From Rhodospirillaceae bacterium (GTDB lineage Bacteria > Pseudomonadota > Alphaproteobacteria > Thalassobaculales > Thalassobaculaceae), in contig JAGYJX010000013.1 of assembly GCA_018401495.1 (NCBI GenBank), positions 9,619-73,618 on the forward strand: a DNA stretch of 64,000 bases, written 5' to 3'. This document shows positions 45,466-56,069 of the stretch, one piece after another (position 1 is the first letter of the stretch; each line of letters starts with the position of its first letter). The position numbers and the translations under genes were made by a program. The notes beneath the pieces were generated by a model. It saw nothing but the letters and a program-made list of their open reading frames with translations. It made no database searches and was not told the DNA's origin.

Positions 45466-46374
45466 TCAGTCGCGCTTGATCCAGGTTCCCATGCCGTGGC
45501 TGGTGAACAGTTCGAGCAGAACGCCATGCTGCACCCGGCCGTCGATGATCACCGCACCCTCGGCGCCGCCGCGCACCGCCTCGATGCAGGTCTCGATCTT
45601 CGGGATCATGCCGCCGGAAATGGTGCCGTCGGCGATCAGGGCCTGAGCCTCCGCCACCGACAGCTCCGGCATCAACCGGCCTTCCTTGTCGAGCACGCCC
45701 TCGACGTCGGTCAGCAGCAGGAACCGGCTGGCGTCGACCGCCGCGGCGATCGCCCCGGCGGCGGTGTCGGCGTTGATGTTGTAGGTCTCGCCGTCCTCGC
45801 CGGCGCCGATCGGCGCCACCACCGGGATCAGGTCCTGGGCGACCAGGCGGCGCAGCATGTCGCCCTCGACGGCGACCGGTTCGCCCACGAAACCGAGATC
45901 CAGCACCCGCTCGATGTTGCTGTCGGGATCGATCTTGGTTCGCCGCAGCCGGCGCGCCGTGATCAGCCCGCCATCCTTGCCGGAAAGCCCGATGGCCTTG
46001 CCGCCGGCGGCGTTGATGGCGGCGACGATGCCTTTGTTGATGGCCCCGGACAGGACCATCTCGACGATTTCGACGGTCGCCTTGTCGGTGACCCGCAGGC
46101 CATCGACGAACTCGCTCTTGATCGCCAGCCGCTCCAGCATCCGGCCGATCTGCGGGCCGCCGCCGTGGACCACGATCGGGTGCATCCCGACCTGCTTCAT
46201 CAGCACGATGTCGGCGGCGAACTTCAGCGCCAGGTCGTCGTCGCCCATGGCGTGGCCGCCGTATTTCACGACGACGGTCTTGTCGCTGTATCGGCGCATG
46301 AAGGGCAGCGCCTCGGTCAGGATTCCGGCCTTGGAGAGCCACTCGGCCCGGCGCTTGAGGTCGATCCGCTTCAT
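45466..46374 (-). CDS. argB: acetylglutamate kinase
   Basis: [41 protein letters not shown]. Confidence 0.97.
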   Translation of the reverse strand: MKRIDLKRRAEWLSKAGILTEALPFMRRYSDKTVVVKYGGHAMGDDDLALKFAADIVLMKQVGMHPIVVHGGGPQIGRMLERLAIKSEFVDGLRVTDKATVEIVEMVLSGAINKGIVAAINAAGGKAIGLSGKDGGLITARRLRRTKIDPDSNIERVLDLGFVGEPVAVEGDMLRRLVAQDLIPVVAPIGAGEDGETYNINADTAAGAIAAAVDASRFLLLTDVEGVLDKEGRLMPELSVAEAQALIADGTISGGMIPKIETCIEAVRGGAEGAVIIDGRVQHGVLLELFTSHGMGTWIKRD

Positions 46375-46448
46375 GGGTGCTGTCCCGCTCCAGATGACGC
46401 CGAGAATAGAGCGCGAATGCCCTGTCCGGCGCAACCCTGGCAGCGCCG

Positions 46449-47117
46449 TCAGACGGCGAAGCGGGTGAGTTCGGCGCGCAGCTCCGGGATGCCCTGGCCG
46501 GTCAGGCTGCTGGTCGCCCGGATCGTCGGGTGCGCCGCCGGCCGGCGGGCGATGGCCGCCTCGGTGGCGTGGATCAGGTCAGCCAGTTCGGACGGCTTCG
46601 GCTTGTCGGCCTTGGTCAGGACCAGCTGGTACGACAGCGCCGCCCGGTCGAACAGGTCCATCGCCTGCAGGTCGCTGTCCTTGAGGCCGTGGCGCGCGTC
46701 GACCAGCAGGTTGACCCGCTGCAGCGTGGTGCGACCGCGCAGGTAGGCGAACAGCGCGTCGGTCCAGAGCTGGACCTTGCTCTTGGAGACCTTGGCGTAG
46801 CCGTAGCCCGGCAGATCGACGAGTTGCAGCCGTCCGCCGAGGTCGAAGAAGATCAGTTCCTGGGTGCGGCCGGGGGTGTTGGAGGTCCGGGCGAGCGTCT
46901 TGCGGCCGGTCAGGGCGTTGACCAGGCTGGACTTCCCGACATTGGACCGCCCGGCGAAGGCAACCTCCGGCAGGCCGAGCGGCGGCAGTTGGTCGGCGGT
47001 GGCCGCCGCCCAGATGAACCGGCACTCCTGGGCGAACAACACCCGCGCCGCTTCGATGTCGGCGGCCGCGAACTCGGCTTCCGCATCGGGCCCTGTTTCG
47101 GGGCCGCCCTCGGTCAC
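46449..47117 (-). CDS. engB: ribosome biogenesis GTPase YihA/EngB
   Basis: [26 protein letters not shown]. Confidence 0.96.
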   Translation of the reverse strand: MTEGGPETGPDAEAEFAAADIEAARVLFAQECRFIWAAATADQLPPLGLPEVAFAGRSNVGKSSLVNALTGRKTLARTSNTPGRTQELIFFDLGGRLQLVDLPGYGYAKVSKSKVQLWTDALFAYLRGRTTLQRVNLLVDARHGLKDSDLQAMDLFDRAALSYQLVLTKADKPKPSELADLIHATEAAIARRPAAHPTIRATSSLTGQGIPELRAELTRFAV

Positions 47118-48856
47118 GACAGCGCCCGCTTGATGCCCATCTTGCGCATGATCAGCCACTGCTGAGCGATCGACAGCAGGTTGTTCCAGGTCCAGTAGAT
47201 CACCAGCCCGGCGGCGAAGTGGCCGAGCAGGAAGGTGAACATGATCGGCAGGAACATGAACACCTTCGCCTGCACCGGGTCGGTCGGCTGCGGGTTCAGC
47301 TTCTGCTGGAGGAACATGGTCAGCCCCATGAGCAGCGGCCAGGCCCCGATCATCAGGAACTGCGGCGGGTCCCAGGGAATCAGGCCGAACAGGTTGAACA
47401 TCGAGGTCGGGTCGGGCGCCGACAGATCCTCGATCCAGCCGTAGAACGGCGCGTGGCGCATCTCGATGCTGACGAACAGGGTCTTGTAGAGCGCGAAGAA
47501 CACCGGGATCTGGATCAGGATCGGCAGGCAGCCGGCGGCGGGGTTGATCTTCTCCCGCTTGTACAGCGCCATCATCTCCTCGTTCAGGCGCTGGCGGTCG
47601 TCGCCGTACTTCTCCCGCATCTCCTGGAGCTTCGGGGTCATCTCCTTCATCTTCGCCATCGACTTGTAGGACTTGTTGGCGAGCGGGAAGAAGATCAGCT
47701 TGATGATGACGGTGAGCCCGAGGATCGCCAGCCCGAAATTGCCGAGCACCGCGTTCAGCCAGGTCAGCACGTAGAAGAACGGCTTGGTCAGGAAGTAGAA
47801 CCAGCCGAAGTCGATCGCCAGGTCGAAATTCGCGATGCCGAATCGCTCCTCGTAGCCGTCGAGAAGCTTGACCTCCTTGGCGCCGGCGAACAGGCGGCTC
47901 TCGGCGGTGATCGACTGGCCCGGTGCGACGCTCTGCGGCTGGCCCAGGTAGTCGACCTGATAGCGGTCGTCCTGATTGCGCTGGCTGTGCCGGAAATTGT
48001 AGGTCCACTGCTGTCCCTGGCCGGGCACCAGGGCGGCGAGCCAGTACTTGTCGGTGATGCCGATCCAGCCGCCGGTGGCGGTCCGCTCGATGTCGCCGTC
48101 CTCCTGCAACTCGGTGTAGTCGACCTCGGTCAGCGTGTCGTCGAACACGCCGAGCGGGCCCTCGTGCAGGATGTAGAAATCGACGATCTCAGGCGTGCCG
48201 CCGCGGCTGATCAGGCCGTAGGGATAGACGACGACCGCGTCGGTGCCGTCGTTGACGACGCGCTGCGCGACCGTGAACAGGTAGTCCCGGTCGACCGAGA
48301 TGACGCGCTCGAAGGTCAGGCCCTGGCCGTTCGACCAGCTCAGGGTCACGGGCCTGTCCGGCGTCAGGGTGCTGGCGTCGGCGGTCCAGACCGTCTCCGG
48401 CGTCGGCAGCACGGTGGTCGAGCCGCTGGCCCCGACCCAGCCGAACTCGGCGTAGTAGGGGCGCTGCATGCCGGTCGGATCGAGCAGATGGATCGGCGGG
48501 CTCTTGTCGTCCAGGGTCTCGCGGTAGTCGGTCAGCACCACGTCGTCGATGCGCGCGCCCTTCAGCGCGATGGAGCCCTGGATGCGGGGCGTCTCGATGC
48601 GGACCCGCTGCGTCAGCGCCAGAGCCGCCTCGCGGTTGTTCGCCGCCGCCGCCGCGCCGCTGCCGGGGACGCCGGGGAGCGCCGCGGTTCCCTGGCCGGG
48701 GACCGGAGGCGTGCTTCCAGAAGGCTGCTGCGCCTGCTCCTGCGCCTGCTGCTGGCGCTGCTGCTCGATCTTCGGCTGTTCGACGAAGAACTGGAAGCCG
48801 AGCAGGATCAGCACGGAGAGAACGATCGCGAGGATCATGTTCTTCTGGTCGGTCAT
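47114..48856 (-). CDS. yidC: membrane protein insertase YidC
   Basis: N-terminal TM helix, [35 protein letters not shown]. Confidence 0.97.
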   Translation of the reverse strand: MTDQKNMILAIVLSVLILLGFQFFVEQPKIEQQRQQQAQEQAQQPSGSTPPVPGQGTAALPGVPGSGAAAAANNREAALALTQRVRIETPRIQGSIALKGARIDDVVLTDYRETLDDKSPPIHLLDPTGMQRPYYAEFGWVGASGSTTVLPTPETVWTADASTLTPDRPVTLSWSNGQGLTFERVISVDRDYLFTVAQRVVNDGTDAVVVYPYGLISRGGTPEIVDFYILHEGPLGVFDDTLTEVDYTELQEDGDIERTATGGWIGITDKYWLAALVPGQGQQWTYNFRHSQRNQDDRYQVDYLGQPQSVAPGQSITAESRLFAGAKEVKLLDGYEERFGIANFDLAIDFGWFYFLTKPFFYVLTWLNAVLGNFGLAILGLTVIIKLIFFPLANKSYKSMAKMKEMTPKLQEMREKYGDDRQRLNEEMMALYKREKINPAAGCLPILIQIPVFFALYKTLFVSIEMRHAPFYGWIEDLSAPDPTSMFNLFGLIPWDPPQFLMIGAWPLLMGLTMFLQQKLNPQPTDPVQAKVFMFLPIMFTFLLGHFAAGLVIYWTWNNLLSIAQQWLIMRKMGIKRALS

Positions 48857-49137
48857 CGCGGAGTTCCGTCGGTGAGGCCGCGCGTCGGCAGCGTGGGCGT
48901 TCGGTCGAGGTCGGCGGCGGTGAGCGTCGGGACCGGGTCGAAGCCGGCGCCGCCCCAGGGATGGCAGCGTGCCAGGCGGCGCAGCGCCAGCATCGGCCCC
49001 TGCCATGGACCGTGCACCGCGATCGCTTCAAGGGCATAGGCCGAGCAGCTCGGCGTGAACCGGCAGGCTGGGCCGAGCAACGGCGAGATCAACAGCCGGT
49101 AGGCGTGGACCGGGGCGCTGACGATGGCGCGGATCAT
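48853..49137 (-). CDS. yidD: membrane protein insertion efficiency factor YidD
   Basis: [37 protein letters not shown]. Confidence 0.95.
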   Translation of the reverse strand: MIRAIVSAPVHAYRLLISPLLGPACRFTPSCSAYALEAIAVHGPWQGPMLALRRLARCHPWGGAGFDPVPTLTAADLDRTPTLPTRGLTDGTPR

Positions 49138-49532
49138 GACCCGTGCCCCCGCGACGGCTGGTGGCTCCGGTTCCCGGCGGCGCGGTCCAGGGCCTTGCCG
49201 AGGTCGGCGAGCAGGGCGTCGTAAGGACGGTCGGCGGTCGCGGCGCGCGCAATCAGGACGTAGTCGTGACCCGGCTGGGCGCGCACCGACAGCACGTCGG
49301 TCACCGCCGAACGCAGACGTCGCCGAGCCCGGTTCCGGATCACGGCGTTGCCGACCTTGCGGCTGGCGGTGTAGCCGACACGCGGACGGTCGTCCGCGCC
49401 GGTTTCGTCCGGCGAGCGACGTCGGACCTGCAGGACCAGGCCCGGCGTCGCCGCTTTCACGCCTCGCGCGGCGCGCAGGAAGTCGGCGCGGCGAAGCAGG
49501 CGCTGCAAAGGGGTGGCGCCGGACGTCCGCAT
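49134..49532 (-). CDS. rnpA: ribonuclease P protein component
   Basis: [24 protein letters not shown]. Confidence 0.96.
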   Translation of the reverse strand: MRTSGATPLQRLLRRADFLRAARGVKAATPGLVLQVRRRSPDETGADDRPRVGYTASRKVGNAVIRNRARRRLRSAVTDVLSVRAQPGHDYVLIARAATADRPYDALLADLGKALDRAAGNRSHQPSRGHGS

Positions 49533-49562
49533 CGCTTCACCGCTCGACGCCGTCGAACGGGT

Positions 49563-49697
49563 CTAGGCGGAGAGGCGCTTGCGACCCTTGGAGCGGCGGG
49601 CGGCGATCACGCGGCGGCCACCGACGGTAGCCATGCGCGAGCGGAAGCCGTGCCGACGCTTGCGGACCAGGACGCTCGGTTGATAGGTACGCTTCAC
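49563..49697 (-). CDS. rpmH: 50S ribosomal protein L34 (absent from the ORF track)
   Basis: Hand translation from GTG: [44 protein letters not shown]. Confidence 0.98.
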   Translation of the reverse strand: MKRTYQPSVLVRKRRHGFRSRMATVGGRRVIAARRSKGRKRLSA

Positions 49698-49744
49698 GGG
49701 AAGTCTCCGTCACGTCGACGTGCCAAAGGGGCGGCGAGGGCGCG

Positions 49745-49773
49745 TGTATATCGGCTGTGCCGGATCGAGTCAA
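49745..49773 (-). promoter_or_regulatory. sigma70 promoter of the rpmH operon
   Basis: TTGACT-N17-TATACA on the minus strand. Confidence 0.75.
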
Positions 49774-49789
49774 CGTCCGCCCCCCGGGG

Positions 49790-50383
49790 TCACAGCGTCT
49801 GCCGGGCGCGCAGCGCCTGCGCGAGCGTGCCGTCGTCGAGATAGTCGAGCTCGCCGCCGACCGGAACGCCGTGGGCGAGGCGGGAAATCCTGACGCCGGC
49901 CGCGGCCAGCCGGTCGGCGACGTAGTGGGCGGTGGTCTGACCGTCGACGGTGGCGTTCATCGCCAGGATCACCTCGGTGACCGCCGGATCGGAGGCGCGT
50001 GCCACCAATCCGTCGACGTTCAGGTCGTCCGGCCCGACGCCCTCGAGCGCCGACAGCACCCCGCCGAGCACGTGGTAGCGGCCCTTGAAGGCGACCGCGC
50101 GCTCCAGCGCCCAGACATCGGCAACGTCCTCGACCACGCAGATGGTGTGCGGGTCGCGCCGGCGGTCGGCACAGATTCCGCAGGGATCGACGGTGTCCAG
50201 GTTGCCGCAGGTCGAGCACGGCCGCACCGAGCGGGCGGCGGCGGCGAGTGCCTCCGCCAGGGGCAGCATCAGGGATTCCCGACGCTTCATCAGATGCAGG
50301 ATGGCGCGTCGCGCCGACCGGGGACCGAGCCCCGGCAGCTTCGCCAGATACTGCATCGCGCGGTCGAGTTCGCCGGCGGCCAC
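49790..50383 (-). CDS. recR: recombination mediator RecR
   Basis: [19 protein letters not shown] zinc finger, Toprim [18 protein letters not shown]. Confidence 0.97.
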   Translation of the reverse strand: MAAGELDRAMQYLAKLPGLGPRSARRAILHLMKRRESLMLPLAEALAAAARSVRPCSTCGNLDTVDPCGICADRRRDPHTICVVEDVADVWALERAVAFKGRYHVLGGVLSALEGVGPDDLNVDGLVARASDPAVTEVILAMNATVDGQTTAHYVADRLAAAGVRISRLAHGVPVGGELDYLDDGTLAQALRARQTL

Positions 50384-50397
50384 GGCCGACGACCCGC

Positions 50398-50721
50398 TCA
50401 GAACGGCATCTTGAAGCCCGGCGGCAGGCTGATTCCGCCGGTCAGCTTCTGCATCTCCTCGGCGGAGAGGGCGTCGGCCTTGGCGCGGGCGTCGTTGATC
50501 GCCGCAACCAGCAGGTCCTCCAGCACCTCGACCTCGGACGGGTCGAGCAGCGCCTTGTCGATGGAGACCTTGCGGGCCGTACCCTTGCCGGTCAGCACGA
50601 CCTCCACCATGCCGCCGCCGGACACGCCGGAGACCTCCAGACCGGCGAGCCGGTCCTGCATCTCCTGGACCTTCGACTGCATCTCCTGAGCCTGCTTCAT
50701 GAGCTGGCCGAGGTTTTTCAT
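50398..50721 (-). CDS. ybaB: YbaB/EbfC nucleoid-associated protein
   Basis: [32 protein letters not shown]. Confidence 0.96.
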   Translation of the reverse strand: MKNLGQLMKQAQEMQSKVQEMQDRLAGLEVSGVSGGGMVEVVLTGKGTARKVSIDKALLDPSEVEVLEDLLVAAINDARAKADALSAEEMQKLTGGISLPPGFKMPF

Positions 50722-50728
50722 GATCGCC

Positions 50729-52644
50729 TCACGCTTGGTTGGCTTTGCCTTCGTGCGTCGTGTCGTCGAACGCCACCGTGTCGGGGTCGTCCGGCGCCTC
50801 CTCGTCGTCGGGTGGCGGTGCCGCCTCCGGCGGGGGCACCGTGACCTCCTCGATCCGGGCCCCGGGGAACAGTTCCAGGACCTTCGCCACCACTGGATGC
50901 TCGGCCAGACGGGCGTGGAACGCCTGCTCGGCGCTGGTCCGCTGCTCGTCCAGGGTCGGCTCGCCCTCGTCGCGCGACACCCGCACGTCCCAGGGAAGAT
51001 CGGTCCAGCGCCGCAGATGGCCGCCGACCTGCGCGGCGATGGCCGGGTCGACCCCGGCCTTCGGGCGGATGTCGAGGCGTCCGGGCGCGAAGGCGACGCA
51101 GTGGACCTGCGAGGCGAGCCGCGCCGCCAGCACCCGCTCGCCGCGGGCCCGGAACAGCTCGACCATCGCCCGGAAAGTCTGCGGCATCGGCGGCCGGGCC
51201 GTCGTCCTCGTCCTCCAGGGGCGGGCCCTCGGTGACGTGGCTCGGCGGGCCGTCCAACTCGGCCGCGGCTGGCTCGGCCGGGGGTGGCGCGGCTGGGGGT
51301 GGCGCGGCCGGGGTCGCATCGGCCTGGGCCGGCTCGGGCACCGGTGCCATGCGGGCCTGAACGGGGGCCTCGGCCGTCGGGGCCTGAGCAATAGCGGGAG
51401 CGGCGCCCGGCCGGGCCGGCGCCGAGGCGGCCACACCGCCGGCGCCCTCGGTCAGCAGGCGCACCAGATCCGCCGGGTCCGGCAGCTCGGCGGCGTAGCC
51501 GAGGCGGATCAGCACCATTTCGGCAGCGGCGATCGGCACCGTCGCGTGCTGGACCTCGCCGAGGCCCTTGGCCAGCATCTGCCACGACCGGGTGAGCGCC
51601 GGCACCGGCAGCGTCTCGGCCAGCCGACGGCCTCGGTCGCGCTCGGCCTCGCCGAGGTCGTTGGCGCCGGCCGCCTTGGGGGCCGCCTTCATGCGCGTCA
51701 CGGCATGGGTCAGTTCCATCAGGTCCTGGATCACCACGACCGGGTCGGCGCCGCCGTCGTAGAGCATCCTGCAGCACGTCGAGCGCGTCGGCGATGCGGC
51801 CGGCCATCACCGCCTCGAAGAGGTCGTAGACCCGCTCGCGGTCGACCAGGCCCAGCATGTCGCGAACCTGAGCCGCGGTCACCGGGCCGGTGGCCAGCGC
51901 CATCGCCTGGTCGAGGATCGACAGCCCGTCGCGGGCCGAGCCGTCGGCGGCGCGCGCGATCATCCGCAGCGCCTCGGCCTCGGCCTCGACGCCCTCGGTC
52001 GCGCACACCTTCTCGAACAGCGCGGTCAGGACCGGGACCTCGATCCGGCGCAGGTCGAAGCGCTGGCAGCGCGACAGCACGGTGACCGGGATCTGCCGGA
52101 TCTCGGTGGTCGCGAAGATGAACTTCACGTGCTCCGGCGGCTCCTCCAGCGTTTTCAGAAGCCCGTTGAAGGCGGGCTTCGAGAGCATGTGCACCTCGTC
52201 GATGATGTACACCTTGTAGCGGGCCGACACCGGGCGGTAGCGGACGCTCTCGATGATCTCGCGGATGTCGCCGATGCCGGTGCGCGAGGCGGCGTCCATC
52301 TCGAGGACGTCGACATGGCGGTCCTCGGCGATCGCCCGGCAATTGTCGCACACCCCGCAGGGCGTCATGGTCGGACCGCCGGTGCCGTCCGGGCCGGAGC
52401 AGTTCAGGCCCTTGGCGACGATGCGGGCGGTGGTGGTCTTGCCGACGCCGCGCACGCCGGTCAGCACGAAGGCGTGGTGGATACGGTTCTGCGCGAAGGC
52501 GTTGCGCAGCGTGCGCACCAGGGTGTCCTGGCCGACCAGATCCTCGAAGGTCTGCGGTCGGTACTTGCGGGCCAGCACACGGTATTCGGCCGCCGGGGCG
52601 GGGGTGACGGCAGGTGTGTCAGCAGGGGCGACGGCGTCGGTCAT
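50729..52644 (-). CDS. dnaX: DNA polymerase III subunit gamma/tau (frameshifts near 51765 and 51193)
   Basis: VLARKYRPQTF, GVRGVGKTT, IDEVHMLS, SRCQRF; C-terminal HPVVAKVLELFPGARI. Confidence 0.95.
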
Positions 52645-52707
52645 GCGGGGATCATAGGGCGCCGCGGCGAGCCGTGAAACCGACGATGCGGGGAAAGGTC
52701 GATCCAA

Positions 52708-52804
52708 GGTGGAAGGCCGGCAGCGACCCGGACCGAAACTCGTTGCGGCTGCTTCCTTCCGGACCTGACCGGGTTGGCGAGGAGCCCGTCCGCGCCGACC
52801 TTCC
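52708..52804 (-). ncRNA. ffs: signal recognition particle RNA (4.5S)
   Basis: Minus strand carries the conserved core CAGGTCCGGAAGGAAGCAGC with complementary ends GGAAGGTCGGC/GCCGGCCTTCC; upstream of dnaX. Confidence 0.96.
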
Positions 52805-52811
52805 GAGGGCG

Positions 52812-52841
52812 GATATAGAGGGCGGGCGAATGGGGCGCAAG
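52812..52841 (-). promoter_or_regulatory. putative promoter of ffs
   Basis: CTTGCG..CTATAT on the minus strand, ending about 8 bp before the RNA 5' end. Confidence 0.6.
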
Positions 52842-52919
52842 CGCCCGCGTGCACCGAGCGCTTGTGCTCGGCGGCGCCGCCGCCTAGCCTCGACCGACGC
52901 TCGATACGGAGGCGCCGTG

Positions 52920-53543
52920 ATGCATGTCCGCGACATCCTGAGGGCCGGGCCGGTGATTCCGGTGGTGACCATCGACGACGCGGCGCAGGCCCCGGGGCTG
53001 GCCCGGGCGCTGCTGGCCGGTGGTATCCGGGTGATCGAGGTGACCATGCGCACCCCGGCCGCCCTGGACGCCGTGCGGGCGATCCGCCGGTCGGTGCCGG
53101 AGGCGATCGTCGGTGTCGGCACCCTGCTCGACGCGGACCAGATCGCCCCGGCGCTCGACGCCGGCGCGCGGTTCGCGGTGTCGCCGGGCTTCGATCCGGT
53201 TCTGGTCGCGGCCGCGGCGGCGGCCGGCCTCGCCTACCTGCCGGGCATCCAGACCGTGTCCGAGGCGATGGCGGCTCGGCGGGCCGGGCTGGACACCCTG
53301 AAGTTCTTCCCGGCCAAGGCGGCGGGCGGTACCTACGCCCTCGAGCAGATCCGCCCGGTGCTGCCGGATCTGGCGTTCTGCCCGACCGGCGGTATCGGCG
53401 CCGAGGACGCGCCGGCCTACCTCGCGCTGGCCAACGTGCTGTGCGTCGGCGGCAGCTTCCCGGCGCCGGGCGATGCCATCAAGGCCGGCGACTGGACGCG
53501 GATCGAGGCGCTGGCCCGCCAGTCGGCCGCGCTGCGGAAATAG
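52920..53543 (+). CDS. eda: KHG/KDPG aldolase
   Basis: VIPVV, IEVTMRT, GVGT, VSPG, LKFFPA, FCPTGGI. Confidence 0.94.
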   Translation: MHVRDILRAGPVIPVVTIDDAAQAPGLARALLAGGIRVIEVTMRTPAALDAVRAIRRSVPEAIVGVGTLLDADQIAPALDAGARFAVSPGFDPVLVAAAAAAGLAYLPGIQTVSEAMAARRAGLDTLKFFPAKAAGGTYALEQIRPVLPDLAFCPTGGIGAEDAPAYLALANVLCVGGSFPAPGDAIKAGDWTRIEALARQSAALRK

Positions 53544-53582
53544 CCGGCGGCGGCGCTCGTCAGCCGACGCCCTGTCCGCGCT

Positions 53583-54528
53583 TCAGGACGCCGCGATCCG
53601 GTCGCCGGCCAGCAGCGCCGACACCTCGTCGCGGGTCGGAGCGCCGAGGCGGCCGCCGAAGCGCGTGACCTTGACGGCGGCGGCCGCAGCCGCGAAGCGC
53701 ATCGCGGCGGCAACCCCGCGTCCCTCGGCGATCGCCAGCGCATACGCGCCGTGGAACACGTCGCCGGCCGACAGGGTGTCCACGGCGGCGACCGGGAAGC
53801 CGTCCTGGCGGCCGGCGACCCCGCCGGCGATCCAGCGCACGCCCTGTGGCGCCGAGGGTGACCGACGACCACCGCGGCGCCTGGCAGCCGCGCCGCCAGC
53901 GCTTCCAGGCTGCCCGACGGTTCCAGCAGGGCGAGCCCGGGCTCCGAGCACACCACGTGATCGGCGCGCCCCGCCAGGTCGCGCAGCACCGTCGGGTCGG
54001 CGACGTCGGCGTCCAGGATCGCCGGGACGCCGGCGGCGCGGGCGGCGTCCAGCGCCGCGGCCGCCCCTCGGGCCAGCGCGTGTCGACCAGCACCGCCCCG
54101 GCGGCGGCCAGACCGGCGAGCGGCAGCCAGCCGGCATCGCGGGACAGGTCCGGGTCGTAGAACGGCACGATCAGCCGCTCGCCGGCAGCGTCGACGATGA
54201 TCGTGGAGATCGCGGTGCGGCGGCCCGGCTCGATCCGCACGGCCGAGACGTCGACGCCCTCGCCGGCCAGGTCGGCGCGCCAGCGCGTGCCGGCCTCGTC
54301 GTCGCCGATGCGCGCCCAGATGCCGGCCCGGCCGCCGAGGCGGGCGATCGAGGCCGCCGCCGCCGACGCCATGCCGGCGCCGAACACCGCGCAGGCGTCG
54401 GCCAGCACCTTGCCGTGCGGCGGGATGGCGGGCACCCGCAGCACGGTGTCGAGCGTGGCGGCGCCCAGGCACTGGACGTAGGGGGTGGGCGCGGGGCGGT
54501 CGCCCTGCATCGCGGTCGTGTCGGGCAT
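53583..54528 (-). CDS. PfkB family carbohydrate kinase (frameshifts near 54065 and 53850)
   Basis: GMASAAAASIARLGG, DTRWPEG, ILDAD, VTLG, VDTLSAGDVFHGAY. Confidence 0.88.
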
Positions 54529-54605
54529 GCGTTGATTTCCTCTGGCGCGGCGGCGCCGTTTCCACTACGTGTTTTCGCCACTGTATCAGAGGACGCCCCG
54601 GGGCC

Positions 54606-54683
54606 ATGACCCAGACGAGCCGAGATCAGCTGCGACGACGGACCGCGCCCCCAGGGGCTGCGCGACGACGCGCGACCGACTGA
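54606..54683 (+). CDS. putative Arg-rich leader peptide (25 aa, MTQTSRDQLRRRTAPPGAARRRATD)
   Basis: GAGGA upstream; 5 of 7 Arg codons are CGA; followed by a hairpin and the GNAT gene. Confidence 0.55.
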   Translation: MTQTSRDQLRRRTAPPGAARRRATD

Positions 54684-54684
54684 T

Positions 54685-54718
54685 CCCGCCCGGCCCTGCC
54701 GGAGCGGGCGTTTCGTAC
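54685..54718 (+). terminator. possible attenuator hairpin after the leader ORF
   Basis: Stem cccgc-ccgg/ccgg-a-gcggg followed by a weak T tract (cgtttcgt). Confidence 0.35.
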
Positions 54719-54742
54719 CCCTCTCCGGACCAGGTGGCCCAG

Positions 54743-55306
54743 ATGTTCCAGATTCGCTCCGAAGTGCCGTCCGACGGCGCCGCCATCGAGACCCTCAACG
54801 ACCTCGGTTTCGGCGCCGAGCGGCGTGGGCGCACCGTATACCGGCTGCGCCTCGGCGCGCCGACCCTCGGTTTCATCGCCGCCGACCCGGAGAGCGACCA
54901 GCCGCTCGCCACCCTGCGGTTCTGGCCGGTCATGGCCGGCCTCGACCGACCGGCGCTGCTGCTGGGCCCGCTGGCGGTCCTGCCGGAGCGGCGCGGCCAG
55001 GGCCTCGGCCGGGCGCTGGTCGGCCACGGCTTGACCATTGCGCGCGACCGCGGCTGGCGGCTGTGCCTGGTGTCGGGCGACCCGGACTACTACCGTCCCT
55101 ACGGCTTCGAGCCGGCCGGCCCCTACGGCTTTGCCATGCCCGGGCCGATCACCGCCGGCCACCTTCAGGTCAAGGCGCTGGCGGCCGACGCGCTCGACTC
55201 CCTGCCGCGCGGCGGGACTCTGCGGGTCCTGCCCTGGAGGGGGCATCGCGGAAGCGATGCCGACGGCGACGCTGTCGTGACCCGTCGCCGGCTGCGGGTC
55301 GGCTGA
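54743..55306 (+). CDS. GNAT family N-acetyltransferase (YhbS-like)
   Basis: GFGAERRGRTVYRLR, LRFWPV, LLLGPLAV, RGQGLGRAL, GDPDYYRPYGF. Confidence 0.9.
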   Translation: MFQIRSEVPSDGAAIETLNDLGFGAERRGRTVYRLRLGAPTLGFIAADPESDQPLATLRFWPVMAGLDRPALLLGPLAVLPERRGQGLGRALVGHGLTIARDRGWRLCLVSGDPDYYRPYGFEPAGPYGFAMPGPITAGHLQVKALAADALDSLPRGGTLRVLPWRGHRGSDADGDAVVTRRRLRVG

Positions 55307-55319
55307 CCATTCCCGGCCC

Positions 55320-56069
55320 GTGATGCTGCTGGGCTGGGGAGCGGAGATCTGGGCGCTGGCGGTGACCGCCTCGCTGGTGGCCGGCGTGGTCCGCGGCCTC
55401 ACCGGCTTCGGCTTCGCGCTGATCCTGGTGACGGCGGTGGCGGTGCTGGCGCCACCCGCCGACATCGTGCCGATCTCGGTGGTGCTCGACCTGTTCGCCG
55501 GCATCCGGCTGCTGCCGTACGTACGGGGCGAGGTCGACCGCCCGGGTGCCGCCCTGATGGTGCTCGGCGCCCTGCCGGCGATCCCGGTCGGGGTGATCGC
55601 GCTCGCCCATCTCGACGAGGACGCCATGCGGCTCGGCATCGGCGTCGCGGTCCTGGTGGCGACCCTGGCGATCGCGTCCGGCGTCGCCCTGAAGAGCGTC
55701 CCCGGCACTGGCCTCAAGCTCGGAACCGGAGTCGCCATGGGCCTGCTGTCGGGCTCGGCCGGCATCCCGGGGCCGCCGCTCATCCTGCTGTACCTGTCGT
55801 CGCCGCTGCCGGTGGCGACCCTGCGGGCGACGGCGGTAGCGGTGTTCCTGGCGATCGACGCGATTGCCCTCGTGGCGATGGCCGCCCACGGGCTGGTCAC
55901 GGCCGAACTGCTGCTGCGCTGCCTGCTGCTGGCCCCGGCGGTCGAGATCGGCCAGCGCCTCGGCCACCGCCTCTACGGCGTCGTCCAGCCGGCGACCGTC
56001 AAGCGCGCCGCCCTGGCGATGCTGGTCGCCCTGGCGGTGGTGGCGATCGGCCGGTCGGTCGGGGGCTGA
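55320..56069 (+). CDS. TauE/SafE family membrane protein
   Basis: AGVVRGLTGFGFAL, GSAGIPGPP; about 8 TM segments. Confidence 0.88.
   Translation: MMLLGWGAEIWALAVTASLVAGVVRGLTGFGFALILVTAVAVLAPPADIVPISVVLDLFAGIRLLPYVRGEVDRPGAALMVLGALPAIPVGVIALAHLDEDAMRLGIGVAVLVATLAIASGVALKSVPGTGLKLGTGVAMGLLSGSAGIPGPPLILLYLSSPLPVATLRATAVAVFLAIDAIALVAMAAHGLVTAELLLRCLLLAPAVEIGQRLGHRLYGVVQPATVKRAALAMLVALAVVAIGRSVGG

Noticed and set aside
49563-49790. Replication origin next to rpmH-rnpA-yidC
   Set aside because: No dnaA, no DnaA boxes noticed and no AT-rich unwinding region; recR ends about 90 bp upstream of rpmH.
50729-52644. Programmed ribosomal frameshift in dnaX (tau/gamma)
   Set aside because: There is no A-AAA-AAG or poly-A slippery site at either break, the first break falls inside the conserved core, and similar indels occur throughout the window.
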